From a virus: a DNA stretch of 64,000 nucleotides. Of the stretch, positions 6,478 through 15,196 are shown piece after piece. The stretch is taken from IMG/VR virus record IMGVR_UViG_3300032240_001667, positions 1-64,000 of that record; one strand, written 5' to 3'. A program made the position numbers and the translations under genes. Every line of letters starts with the position of its first letter. Within the stretch, counting starts at the first letter, position 1. The notes below the pieces were generated by a model. The model was not told where the DNA came from and did no database searches. It was given only the letters and a program-made list of their open reading frames with translations.

Positions 6478-6843
6478 ATGGCTTTTCCAGGAGAATTAAA
6501 TTTAAATTATTATAAGGGCGATACCCAAGAATTTGCTATTTATCCAAAACAAAATGATGGATCAGCATTTAATATGACTGGGTTTACTATTAAGTTTGCT
6601 ATTGCAGAAACTAGAGGAGCAACCTCATTAATTGAATGCTATGCAAGTATTGATTCCCAAGACCCATCTATTGGAAGATGTGCAATTACTCCAGCAAATG
6701 GTGCAAGTTTGATTGCTGGAAAACAATATGTTTACGATGTTCAAATTTCAAAACCCTCAACGCCATATCCTCTAGTTTATACAATTTTAACAGGAACGGT
6801 TTCTGTAACTGATCAAGTTGTTCGGTTTACCCCAGGTGCATAA
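6478..6843 (+). CDS. Virion structural protein, BppU-N/Ig-like (leaderless start)
   Basis: YYKGDT motif; TGGTATAAT 6 nt before the ATG. Confidence 0.65.
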   Translation: MAFPGELNLNYYKGDTQEFAIYPKQNDGSAFNMTGFTIKFAIAETRGATSLIECYASIDSQDPSIGRCAITPANGASLIAGKQYVYDVQISKPSTPYPLVYTILTGTVSVTDQVVRFTPGA

Positions 6844-7421
6844 TGACAAATTTATTATCTGTTGATCAAATAACTGTTTTAGGTGGTCCATCAACAATAG
6901 ATGTAAATTTAGATTTTGGTCCAACTGGTCAAAGAGGTAGTTTTTGGTTTGTTGGCAATGGAAATCCAAATTCACCATCAACAACAATTGGTCAAACACC
7001 CAAAATATTTGACATGTATATTAATTTAGATAATGCAGATACAGAATATTTGTCTTTGTATCAATATCAAAATGGTGTTGGATCTAATAGTTGGGTAAAA
7101 TTGGTTAATCTTATACCAAATATTTTTAGTAAAAATCTTGCTGTTGAATTTAATGCTGGTAATACATCTATAAAAATTCCTTTAATCAGTATCCTTCCAG
7201 AACAAATGGTTGGGTCTGCGGTAGTAACTAATTTTAATGTACAGCACTCAATTGTAAATTCAGTAAACCCAATCTCATCAACTTTAAATATTCTTAACAT
7301 TATAGAAGACAATGGAGTACTTTCTTTAAATATTAGTTTATCTGCAATTCAATATAATGGGTCATCATGGGAAAATCTAACAGGACAAAGAACAGTTCAT
7401 TTGTTTATTTCTGTGGTATAA
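6843..7421 (+). CDS. Putative virion structural protein
   Basis: ORF track; GPTGQRGS motif; beta-rich. Confidence 0.6.
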   Translation: MTNLLSVDQITVLGGPSTIDVNLDFGPTGQRGSFWFVGNGNPNSPSTTIGQTPKIFDMYINLDNADTEYLSLYQYQNGVGSNSWVKLVNLIPNIFSKNLAVEFNAGNTSIKIPLISILPEQMVGSAVVTNFNVQHSIVNSVNPISSTLNILNIIEDNGVLSLNISLSAIQYNGSSWENLTGQRTVHLFISVV

Positions 7422-7439
7422 TTTTGTGGGAGATAAATA

Positions 7440-7868
7440 ATGGCTGATGATATTAATTTAAATGGACCCTATAATACAAAGGTTCCAAGTTATAGTGAAA
7501 CTGCTGATATTCAGCAAGCATTAAAGTTATTTTTATATGGATCTTTAACTCTGCCAGCAAATCAATCTGAAATATCTTCTTCTTCCATTGCTGGTCATTT
7601 AAAGTATTTGCAAAATCAATTAGATATTTTAAATTCTGAAGGAATTGGATCTTCTATTTCAAATACAAGACCAACAGGTGTTGTAAGCGGACATATTTGG
7701 GTAGATGCAACTTCATCTGTTACTTCAACCCCTCTATATTCTGCTGCAACTTATAGATCATATGCACCAAATAGTCCAACTACGGGAACTTTGTGGGTTG
7801 ATTCAGACAGTTCTCCTTTAGCAATTTACGTGTGGTCAGGTACAGCATGGAGAAAAATAGGATTATGA
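7440..7868 (+). CDS. Putative minor tail/fibre-associated protein
   Basis: Repeated P-x-x-G-x-(I/L)WVD modules. Confidence 0.6.
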   Translation: MADDINLNGPYNTKVPSYSETADIQQALKLFLYGSLTLPANQSEISSSSIAGHLKYLQNQLDILNSEGIGSSISNTRPTGVVSGHIWVDATSSVTSTPLYSAATYRSYAPNSPTTGTLWVDSDSSPLAIYVWSGTAWRKIGL

Positions 7869-7993
7869 TTACTGATAACAATGTTGAAGAACAAAAACTG
7901 CGTGAAAGTGGTATTGCTAAATTAATTGCTACTACTGAAATTACAGAGGCAGAATTAAGAGCATTGGGGATAGTATCAAATGACAACAACTAA
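7865..7993 (+). CDS. Small helical protein (42 aa, ...SGIAKL...TEAELRALG)
   Basis: Manual translation; overlaps neighbours; GGAG RBS. Confidence 0.55.
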   Translation: MITDNNVEEQKLRESGIAKLIATTEITEAELRALGIVSNDNN

Positions 7994-8609
7994 CTCAGAT
8001 GGAAAACTTGCATATGTTTATAATCAAGCAAACGACACTTGGTATGCATTAGGTGCTGCAGTAAATACTGCTGCTTCATATACATGGAGTGCAGATCAAC
8101 ATTTTAATACAGCAGTAACTTTTGATTCAGTAATCAATGCAAAAGCAGGAATTAATAATTTTCAAAATCCAACTGCACGGACAGCAGCAATACCATCACC
8201 AACTAATGGCATCGTTTGTTTTATAAGACAAAAAGATGATGGAACAGTTATTAACCAACTTCAATATTATTCTAATGGTGAATGGAGATTCATCAATGAC
8301 TCAACAACTTTTCTTTTAAAAACAGGAAGTTATACAATAGCAAAAGAAGATGCTGGAAAAACAATTTATGTAACATCTTCTTCAGACTCATTAATAACAA
8401 TTCCAGCAAATAGTACAACACCATTTGTTATTGGACAAAAAATTGAAGTAATTAGAAATGGTTCTGGAAATGTTTCATTTGTTGGTGATGTAGGTGTAAC
8501 CATTAATAGTAAATTTTCTAATAAAAAAATTGCAGCACAATATTCTGGTGCAGTAATCGCAAAAATAGATACCAATACTTGGATTCTTATTGGCGATTTG
8601 ACGGCGTAG
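7980..8609 (+). CDS. Tail-fibre-associated protein; C-terminal domain shared with 19966..21726
   Basis: TIPANSTTPFVIGQKIEV...WILIGDLTA aligns with TVPTNATVAYPVGTSIDI...WVLYGDLSA. Confidence 0.7.
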   Translation: MTTTNSDGKLAYVYNQANDTWYALGAAVNTAASYTWSADQHFNTAVTFDSVINAKAGINNFQNPTARTAAIPSPTNGIVCFIRQKDDGTVINQLQYYSNGEWRFINDSTTFLLKTGSYTIAKEDAGKTIYVTSSSDSLITIPANSTTPFVIGQKIEVIRNGSGNVSFVGDVGVTINSKFSNKKIAAQYSGAVIAKIDTNTWILIGDLTA

Positions 8610-8616
8610 GTTTAAA

Positions 8617-10269
8617 ATGTTAAATTTTGGATCTTGGTCTTCAAAAGGAATGGTAAAGGTTCCAAATGTTTTTGGAATGTCAAGATCCGATGCCGTAGCA
8701 TTAATATCAAGTTTGGGTTTAATAGCATCAGATGGTGTTTCAACAAATACAAATATTCCATCTCTTGCAAATAAAATTTCTTCTCAGTTTCCAAATCCAG
8801 ATGATTTAGTTTACTATGAATCTACTGTTAGTTTAATTTATTATAATTATGTTCCAACTCCCACTCCTACTCCAACTACCCCCACCCCTACACCGACTAC
8901 CCCAACGCCAACTACACCAACTACACCAACTCCAACACTAACTCTTCCAACTCCAACTCTTTCAGTATCAGCAATGGGGTATTCTACATACCCACAAATG
9001 TATGCAAATATTACTGTAGGAAACTATAACTACTTAAATACATACTCTTCATCACTAGGAAGTCAAAATCAAGAATTTAAAGAAGAGTGGAACTTAAGTG
9101 GATTAACATTGGGACAATCTTATACAGTAACAATAACTTCTTCAAGAAATGGATATGCTTCTTCAAGTGCAACTATTACATTTGTTGCATCAACTTCACC
9201 AACGCCAACCCCAACGCCAACTCCTTTACCTACTCCATCTAACCCTATTTGGTATTGTTCTGGATTAGATTACATTGATGGTAATTTTCAATCAACAATA
9301 CAATCAGCAACAAATCCATCAACTAGTGTTTGCAATTCTTATATCATAAATTGTTCAACTTCTGGATATCCATCTTATCCTGTTACAATTCCATCATGTA
9401 CTCCAACACCAACTGCTACTCCAACACCAACTGCTACTCCAACACCAACTGCTACTCCAACACCAACTGCTACTCCAACACCTTGTGTTGCAAATTGTCA
9501 ACCAATAGCAGATTCAGCATATTGCCTTAATGTAAATGCACAAGGATATGGTGATGTTTATGAAAGACAAGAAGATGTTAATTATTGTGGAGGAACTTGT
9601 CCAGATCTATATCTAGGAAGATCATTCTGTGGTATTCCAGCAACTCCAACACCAACTGCCACGCCAACTCCTTCTGCAACACCTACACCATCTACGCCAA
9701 CACCTACAGATTCTCCTTCTCCATATAACTTTGCTGTTTATGGACAACCAGGATTTAAGTTTTCTGCTTCAATAAATGCAAATACTGAAATTTTAATGTC
9801 TACAGTTGCTGGTCAACCAGAAACACTAAAACGTGCAATAGATTTAAAGGTTGGAGATAAATTAACAGCATTAGACCTTGGGCCAACACCAGAAAATGGT
9901 GATTGGAGAACTTGGTCTATGGCAAACAGTATGAGTATATTAGATGCCAAAGTTGTTGAAACAGAAATTGTAAGTATAGACATTGTCCCAGAAACAACAT
10001 TTATTTATATTGATGGAGATTTGTTCTCACAAACTCACTGGATTTTAACTAAAAAAGATGGCATAGTTAAATTTACCAAGGCTACAGAAATAGATAATAC
10101 TTATCAAAGATATCACTATAAAGATAATGATTTTGTAGACATTATTCTTGTAGAAACTCTAGAATTACAAATGGATAAAGTTTCAATTAATTGTGAACCA
10201 TATGACAATTTCTTTACACAACAAATGCTTGTTAAGGACTACTACCAAAACAAAAAACCAATAGTTTAA
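8617..10269 (+). CDS. PASTA domain + Pro/Thr-repeat + Cys-rich + C-terminal Hint-domain protein
   Basis: VKVPNVFGMS...SQFPNP (PASTA); four (PT)n tracts; Hint SINANTEILM...LKVGD...SQTH...SINCEPYDNFF...LVKD. Confidence 0.8.
   Translation: MLNFGSWSSKGMVKVPNVFGMSRSDAVALISSLGLIASDGVSTNTNIPSLANKISSQFPNPDDLVYYESTVSLIYYNYVPTPTPTPTTPTPTPTTPTPTTPTTPTPTLTLPTPTLSVSAMGYSTYPQMYANITVGNYNYLNTYSSSLGSQNQEFKEEWNLSGLTLGQSYTVTITSSRNGYASSSATITFVASTSPTPTPTPTPLPTPSNPIWYCSGLDYIDGNFQSTIQSATNPSTSVCNSYIINCSTSGYPSYPVTIPSCTPTPTATPTPTATPTPTATPTPTATPTPCVANCQPIADSAYCLNVNAQGYGDVYERQEDVNYCGGTCPDLYLGRSFCGIPATPTPTATPTPSATPTPSTPTPTDSPSPYNFAVYGQPGFKFSASINANTEILMSTVAGQPETLKRAIDLKVGDKLTALDLGPTPENGDWRTWSMANSMSILDAKVVETEIVSIDIVPETTFIYIDGDLFSQTHWILTKKDGIVKFTKATEIDNTYQRYHYKDNDFVDIILVETLELQMDKVSINCEPYDNFFTQQMLVKDYYQNKKPIV
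9400..9482 (+). repeat. Perfect 18-bp tandem repeat ACTCCAACACCAACTGCT (about 4.6 copies; TPTPTA)
   Basis: Direct reading. Confidence 0.95.
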
Positions 10270-10309
10270 TTTTTTTTATGATATAATTTTTATAAAGAAA
10301 TGAGAAAAT

Positions 10310-10516
10310 ATGTCTAATGATAATCAAGTGAGGCCTTGGGATTTATTAAATCCAAATGTTCCAAGAGCAAGTGAAGACTTAGCAAATGAAAGGTATTCAA
10401 TTTGTAAAACTTGTCCAGAATTAATTAAACTAACATATCAATGCAAAAAATGCGGTTGTTTTATGAAAGCAAAAACAACACTTCAACAAGCAACATGTCC
10501 TTTAGGCAAATGGTAA
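10310..10516 (+). CDS. Cys-rich small protein (DUF6171-like; possible Zn or Fe-S binding)
   Basis: CKTC...CKKCGC...CPLGKW. Confidence 0.8.
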   Translation: MSNDNQVRPWDLLNPNVPRASEDLANERYSICKTCPELIKLTYQCKKCGCFMKAKTTLQQATCPLGKW

Positions 10517-11314
10517 ATGAAAAATAATAAACAACTTTATTTTTTACATATTCCTAAAACTGGAGGAACTTCGGTTAATGATCAAATAGAAAAATCATTA
10601 ATTGAAAACAATATAAAAATATATCCACCAACAAGTCCACCACATAAAAACAATATTAATGAGTACAACTATATAAAAGGTCATTTTGCAAGGTATCCAA
10701 TTAAAGAAATAAAAGATTTAGATGTTGCTTGTTTATTTAGAAACCCTATAGATAGAGCAATAAGCACCTTTTTATTCATATACGACAAAACTCTATATGC
10801 AAATCCTGAATACAAAAAAATACCAAACTTTGTTGATAAGTTAAGATATTATTTATTTGAAGATGATTATTATGTTAATCATAGAAATATACAATCTAAG
10901 TTTGTTTGCACTGAGCCAACAATAATAAAAATAAACAACGAAAGTAATAGTTGGTATAAAAAAATAAATAATAGTTGGGGCCTTGAAAATAATGAAATAA
11001 CTTTTGATTTAGCAAAAACTTTTGTTGACGAATTTAAAATAATAGGAATTACAGAAAATCATAAAGAATTTATGTATAAAATAAAAAAATGGTTTTTATT
11101 AAACTATAACATTAATATATTTGAAAATTTTAATAATATTGTGTCTAATAAATCTTTTGTTATATATGATAAAATTGAATATACAAGCAATACAATAAAA
11201 AACATGTTAACAGAAAATGATTTACAAAAATTTAAAAATAACAATTTAATTGATTTAGAACTTTATGAATATATATGTCAAAAATTAAAAATGGAGAAAA
11301 TAAAAAATGCGTAA
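10517..11314 (+). CDS. Sulfotransferase family protein
   Basis: FLHIPKTGGTS (5'-PSB loop) and RNPIDRAIS (3'-PB) motifs. Confidence 0.85.
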   Translation: MKNNKQLYFLHIPKTGGTSVNDQIEKSLIENNIKIYPPTSPPHKNNINEYNYIKGHFARYPIKEIKDLDVACLFRNPIDRAISTFLFIYDKTLYANPEYKKIPNFVDKLRYYLFEDDYYVNHRNIQSKFVCTEPTIIKINNESNSWYKKINNSWGLENNEITFDLAKTFVDEFKIIGITENHKEFMYKIKKWFLLNYNINIFENFNNIVSNKSFVIYDKIEYTSNTIKNMLTENDLQKFKNNNLIDLELYEYICQKLKMEKIKNA

Positions 11315-11891
11315 AATGGAATTAGCACCAGGAATAGTGGTTTATTCTGATGTACTTAGTAATTCAGAAGATCTTATTAATGACATTGAAGAAGGAATTG
11401 TTTCTGCACAATTAAAATGGTATTCAGCAGGAGTAAATGGTGGAGAAAATAAACAAATAAGAGATACAGACTCTATTGCAATTCCTTATATTGACCATAT
11501 TGATGAAAATTTTTTAGACCTTAAAGATACATTTAAAAAAACACTGTCTAATATTTTTTATTCAGAAATAGGACCTTTAGAAAAAGATTACATGATGTTT
11601 TATGGAGTTAATGCTTTAGAGCATGACTCCTATGAAATTTTAAGATATGGAAAAGGTCAACATTTTCTAAATCATATAGATGATGGCCCCATTTACCATA
11701 GAAGAATTTCTACAGTTTATTATTTAAATGATAATTACGAAGGTGGAGAAATTAATTTTCCAAGATTTAATATTTTTTATAAACCAAAAGCAAATGAGTT
11801 GCTTATATTTCCATCAACCTATGTATATCTACACTCAGTTTCTGAAGTGACAAGTGGAATAAGATATGCTGTTGTAAGTTGGATTAAATAA
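11307..11891 (+). CDS. 2OG-Fe(II) oxygenase, prolyl-4-hydroxylase-like
   Basis: HID...YLNDNYEGGE...FPS...HSV...G-x-RY motifs. Confidence 0.9.
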   Translation: MRKMELAPGIVVYSDVLSNSEDLINDIEEGIVSAQLKWYSAGVNGGENKQIRDTDSIAIPYIDHIDENFLDLKDTFKKTLSNIFYSEIGPLEKDYMMFYGVNALEHDSYEILRYGKGQHFLNHIDDGPIYHRRISTVYYLNDNYEGGEINFPRFNIFYKPKANELLIFPSTYVYLHSVSEVTSGIRYAVVSWIK

Positions 11892-12814
11892 TGGAAAAAA
11901 TATTTATTAATATTCCATGTTATCAAGATCCAGAAATTTGGGAAACAATTTCTAGTTTTTTAAATAATGCAGAACATCCAGAAAGAGTTTATTTTGGAAT
12001 AACAAATCAAACAAACAATTTTAAACTACATGAAGAAGTTTTAGAACGCTTTCCAAATGTTCAGATGCATCTTTTAGTTCCTGGAAGTTTGGCAGGTTGT
12101 CAACCAGCAAGACTCAAATCTCATGAGTTTTATAAAGAAGAAGAATATTATTTAAATATGGACTCCCACATGAGAGCAATTAAAAAATGGGATACTTTAA
12201 TTATAAAAGAATTAAATGACATTGATAAAGAATATGGTCCATCAGTTTTAACTGGTTATGTTGCAGCATACAATAAAGATAGTGAAGGAAATGATGTCGT
12301 AGAGAATGTAGACTATACAACAGTTTTTCATATGAATGAAAAAAATATAGAGCATTTTAAAAAAAATAATATTCCACAATTTATCTCGTATACTCATAAA
12401 ACAGACAAACCAATACCATCTCCATATATTTCTGGTCATTTTTTCTTTACAACAGGACAAGCATTAAAAGATGCACCATTTGTTAAAGATATATTATTTA
12501 CTGAAGAAGAAATTTTTATGGCTGTAAGATTTTTTACTGCTGGCTACAATTTATTTCAACCAACAAAAACTTATGTTTATCATAGATATGGAAGAAATGG
12601 AAGAAATTTGTTTTGGGAAGATTTTCCAGAAAATTGGTATAAAAAAAATGAAGAATCAAAAAATTTTGTAAATTATGTTTTTTTAAATGAAATAATAAAT
12701 AAAGAAAATGGACTGTTAAATAAAAGAACATTAACTGAATTTGAAGAATACTCTGGCATAAACTTTAGAAAAAATACATTATCAGAAGATGTTATTAAAG
12801 GTAAAATAAAATAA
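11891..12814 (+). CDS. Glycosyltransferase, GT60 / Skp1-hydroxyproline GlcNAc-transferase-like
   Basis: IFINIPCYQDPE...A-x-x-PERV-x-FG; G-x-x-x-AR; YYLNMDSH-x-R...WD; EE...RFFTAGY...H motifs. Confidence 0.8.
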   Translation: MEKIFINIPCYQDPEIWETISSFLNNAEHPERVYFGITNQTNNFKLHEEVLERFPNVQMHLLVPGSLAGCQPARLKSHEFYKEEEYYLNMDSHMRAIKKWDTLIIKELNDIDKEYGPSVLTGYVAAYNKDSEGNDVVENVDYTTVFHMNEKNIEHFKKNNIPQFISYTHKTDKPIPSPYISGHFFFTTGQALKDAPFVKDILFTEEEIFMAVRFFTAGYNLFQPTKTYVYHRYGRNGRNLFWEDFPENWYKKNEESKNFVNYVFLNEIINKENGLLNKRTLTEFEEYSGINFRKNTLSEDVIKGKIK

Positions 12815-12846
12815 CCCCAAGATAATGTCTTGAGGTCACTTTATTA
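12814..12846. terminator. Probable bidirectional terminator between convergent genes
   Basis: CCCCAAGA-TAATG-TCTTGAGG hairpin flanked by A and T runs. Confidence 0.5.
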
Positions 12847-12855
12847 TTTTTATAA

Positions 12856-13428
12856 TTATTTAGGAAATTTTTTCATCCATTTTTTTGTTTCGGCAGTTAA
12901 TCCATGCCAAGAAGACCAGTTTTTACCACCATCACTCATATAGTACGCTATTTGTGAATTTAATACGGGGTTTAAAAGATCAGCATTAAAATTAAGTCCA
13001 AAGAACTTTCTTCTGTCTGGACCTAAATCTCTAATCATATTAATTTGAAATAGTCCAAAAGATGAATCTCCTGTTTTGCCATTACCATTAAATGCCAATG
13101 GATTACCATGAGTTTCTTTTTTTGCTATAGCCCAAGCCTGAACTAAATGTGTTCCACTAAAGCCAACAGCCTTAAGAAGTTCTTTTAATTGTATATCTGT
13201 TAATTTTGTTGAATTCTGATACTTTAATAAAGTACCAGCATTTTTTGTTAAATGTGCAATATTTTTTGGTCTAGAAACCAAAAAAACCGCCTTAGCGGTT
13301 GTTGTAGCAGAAACACTAGTAATACTAAGATTATTTTCACTAGATAAAGCATTTGCTCTATTCATAATCATAGTAGCACCAAGTACAAATGCGAGTACCC
13401 CTATTAGAAACTTTTGATCATTTTTCAT
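12856..13428 (-). CDS. Secreted or membrane-anchored lysozyme-like transglycosylase
   Basis: AIAKKETHG (catalytic E), GLFQIN, GGKNWSSW; N-terminal signal/TM; RBS AAGGAGG; own TTGACT-17-TATACT promoter. Confidence 0.8.
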   Translation of the reverse strand: MKNDQKFLIGVLAFVLGATMIMNRANALSSENNLSITSVSATTTAKAVFLVSRPKNIAHLTKNAGTLLKYQNSTKLTDIQLKELLKAVGFSGTHLVQAWAIAKKETHGNPLAFNGNGKTGDSSFGLFQINMIRDLGPDRRKFFGLNFNADLLNPVLNSQIAYYMSDGGKNWSSWHGLTAETKKWMKKFPK

Positions 13429-13533
13429 AGTTTCCTCCTTAGAAAACAATAACACCCTGGTAGGTGTCTACTGACAAGTATAACACAATTTATTTTTAAA
13501 AGTCAAGTTACGATGATGGTATAATAAAGTATT

Positions 13534-14055
13534 ATGGCTACAGGAAATACTTCAGATGGATTGCTTAATCTTCCATACCCACTTTCAAATGATCCAGTTA
13601 ATGTTCATGGAGACATTGAGCAATTAGTATCAAGGTTGTTATTAATTTTACCACCTCTAGGTTTATCTCAATTTCATTTATCAGTTTTAAATAATAGTGG
13701 TCAATCTTTGCCTGCAGGAACACCAGTATATGCAACAGGATATAGTTCACAGTCATCAAAAACAACTATTGCAAAATCGCTTCCAAATACACAACATCCA
13801 ATTTTAGGTCTTTTAAAAACTTCTATGGAAAATAATACAGAAGGAGTAGTTGTTGTTGCTGGAGTTATGGATCACATAAATACATCAGGTTTTAATAATG
13901 GAGATGTTTTATATGTTGGTTCTGCTGGCGGTTTGTCTAATTTACAAAGCGGTGGAGCAGTTGGAATTGTTGCACATTCTTCACAAGATGGGGTAATTAT
14001 TGTCGCAGCAAAAGGAAATGGAACTTGGGGGGCACTTAAGGCTGGATTAGCCTAA
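13534..14055 (+). CDS. Putative virion structural protein
   Basis: LNLPYP...VHGD N-terminus; GTPVY...GDVLYV beta domain. Confidence 0.6.
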   Translation: MATGNTSDGLLNLPYPLSNDPVNVHGDIEQLVSRLLLILPPLGLSQFHLSVLNNSGQSLPAGTPVYATGYSSQSSKTTIAKSLPNTQHPILGLLKTSMENNTEGVVVVAGVMDHINTSGFNNGDVLYVGSAGGLSNLQSGGAVGIVAHSSQDGVIIVAAKGNGTWGALKAGLA

Positions 14056-14073
14056 TAGTGATATAATTATATA

Positions 14074-14478
14074 ATGGCAACTACAAGAGGTTCTCAATCA
14101 TCATACGATATAGGAAATAAACCACCCACTGTTCTTTGGACTGTTGTTCGTGGAGATACCTCTGGCTTTAAAGTATATGCAACTGATGATGCAAAACAAC
14201 CATTGCATATTCCTGATTGGGAAATTGCTATGAAAATAAAAAGACCAAATAGCCCTGCCAATCTTGGTATTATAACAGATGATGCCACAGTAATTATGCA
14301 TTTACATCCAAGACCAGATGATAATGATTTAATTGGTGAATTTACTGTTTGGCTTACTGCAGCAGAATCTGTACAACTTCAAACAGGAGACATTTTTGAT
14401 ATTCAGTTATCTGACTCAACAAGAGTTTGGACTGTTTGCCAGGGTAGCATGAAAATCCTTGAAGATGTAACAGATTAA
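14074..14478 (+). CDS. Virion structural protein, BppU-N/Ig-like
   Basis: WTVVRGDT motif; paralog of 5233. Confidence 0.65.
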   Translation: MATTRGSQSSYDIGNKPPTVLWTVVRGDTSGFKVYATDDAKQPLHIPDWEIAMKIKRPNSPANLGIITDDATVIMHLHPRPDDNDLIGEFTVWLTAAESVQLQTGDIFDIQLSDSTRVWTVCQGSMKILEDVTD

Positions 14479-14699
14479 TGGCAACAGCAATAATAATAAA
14501 TGAATTAAATCATAAAACTAAATTAATAAAATCATTTGACTATTCAATAACAACAATAAAAGATCCTCAAAGATTTGTTGAAATAAAAGAAATTCTTCCA
14601 TTTCGTGTAAAGTTTTCATCAGTTCAAATTCAAGATGTTCGTGGAATGATTCCAGCAATTCCATTGCAAGTTATTGGATATAGCAACTATATTCTTTAA
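14478..14699 (+). CDS. Hypothetical protein (73 aa)
   Basis: ORF track; coupled to the upstream gene. Confidence 0.65.
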   Translation: MATAIIINELNHKTKLIKSFDYSITTIKDPQRFVEIKEILPFRVKFSSVQIQDVRGMIPAIPLQVIGYSNYIL

Positions 14700-14733
14700 C
14701 TAAATAAATAAAAAGGGGTGTTATAATTACCAC

Positions 14734-15180
14734 ATGACTAAAATATCCGTTCCCGCAGTAAAAAGTCTATTTCAAACAGGTGATAGACCAACTCAAGGAA
14801 ATTACGAAGATTTAATTGATACACTGTCAGCCCAATCAACTGATTTGGGAACATCAGGAAATAATGAAAATACAATCAATGGTATAGAAAATTTAACTGT
14901 CGTTGATAATTTTGACGCTACAGTTTGGCGTATGGTTAAGTATATTGTTTCAATATCAAAAACCTCTGCAGGGGACAATAAATTCTATGCTACAGAGTTA
15001 ACAATTTTGGTTGATGGACAAAATGTGTCTGTCAGCGAATACGGCACTATCGACAATGATGGGAATATTGGCACCATTAATGTCTCTCGCACTGGAAATA
15101 CCGTGGCCTTAACAGTCACTCCAGACCCTGCGATCAAGCCAGTCACTGTACGTTTTGCACGTATGGGACTTAAGGCATAA
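14734..15180 (+). CDS. Tail-fibre-associated protein; domain shared with the C-terminus of 15197..17449
   Basis: FQTGDRPTQ-x-x-YEDLIDT N-terminal motif; SEYGTI vs TEYGIV alignment. Confidence 0.65.
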   Translation: MTKISVPAVKSLFQTGDRPTQGNYEDLIDTLSAQSTDLGTSGNNENTINGIENLTVVDNFDATVWRMVKYIVSISKTSAGDNKFYATELTILVDGQNVSVSEYGTIDNDGNIGTINVSRTGNTVALTVTPDPAIKPVTVRFARMGLKA

Positions 15181-15196
15181 ACAAGGAGATAAAAAA

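Noticed and set aside
9769-10269. Canonical splicing intein
   Set aside because: It has no terminal His-Asn plus Cys/Ser/Thr, no endonuclease domain and almost no C-extein, so it was treated as a cleavage-type Hint domain.
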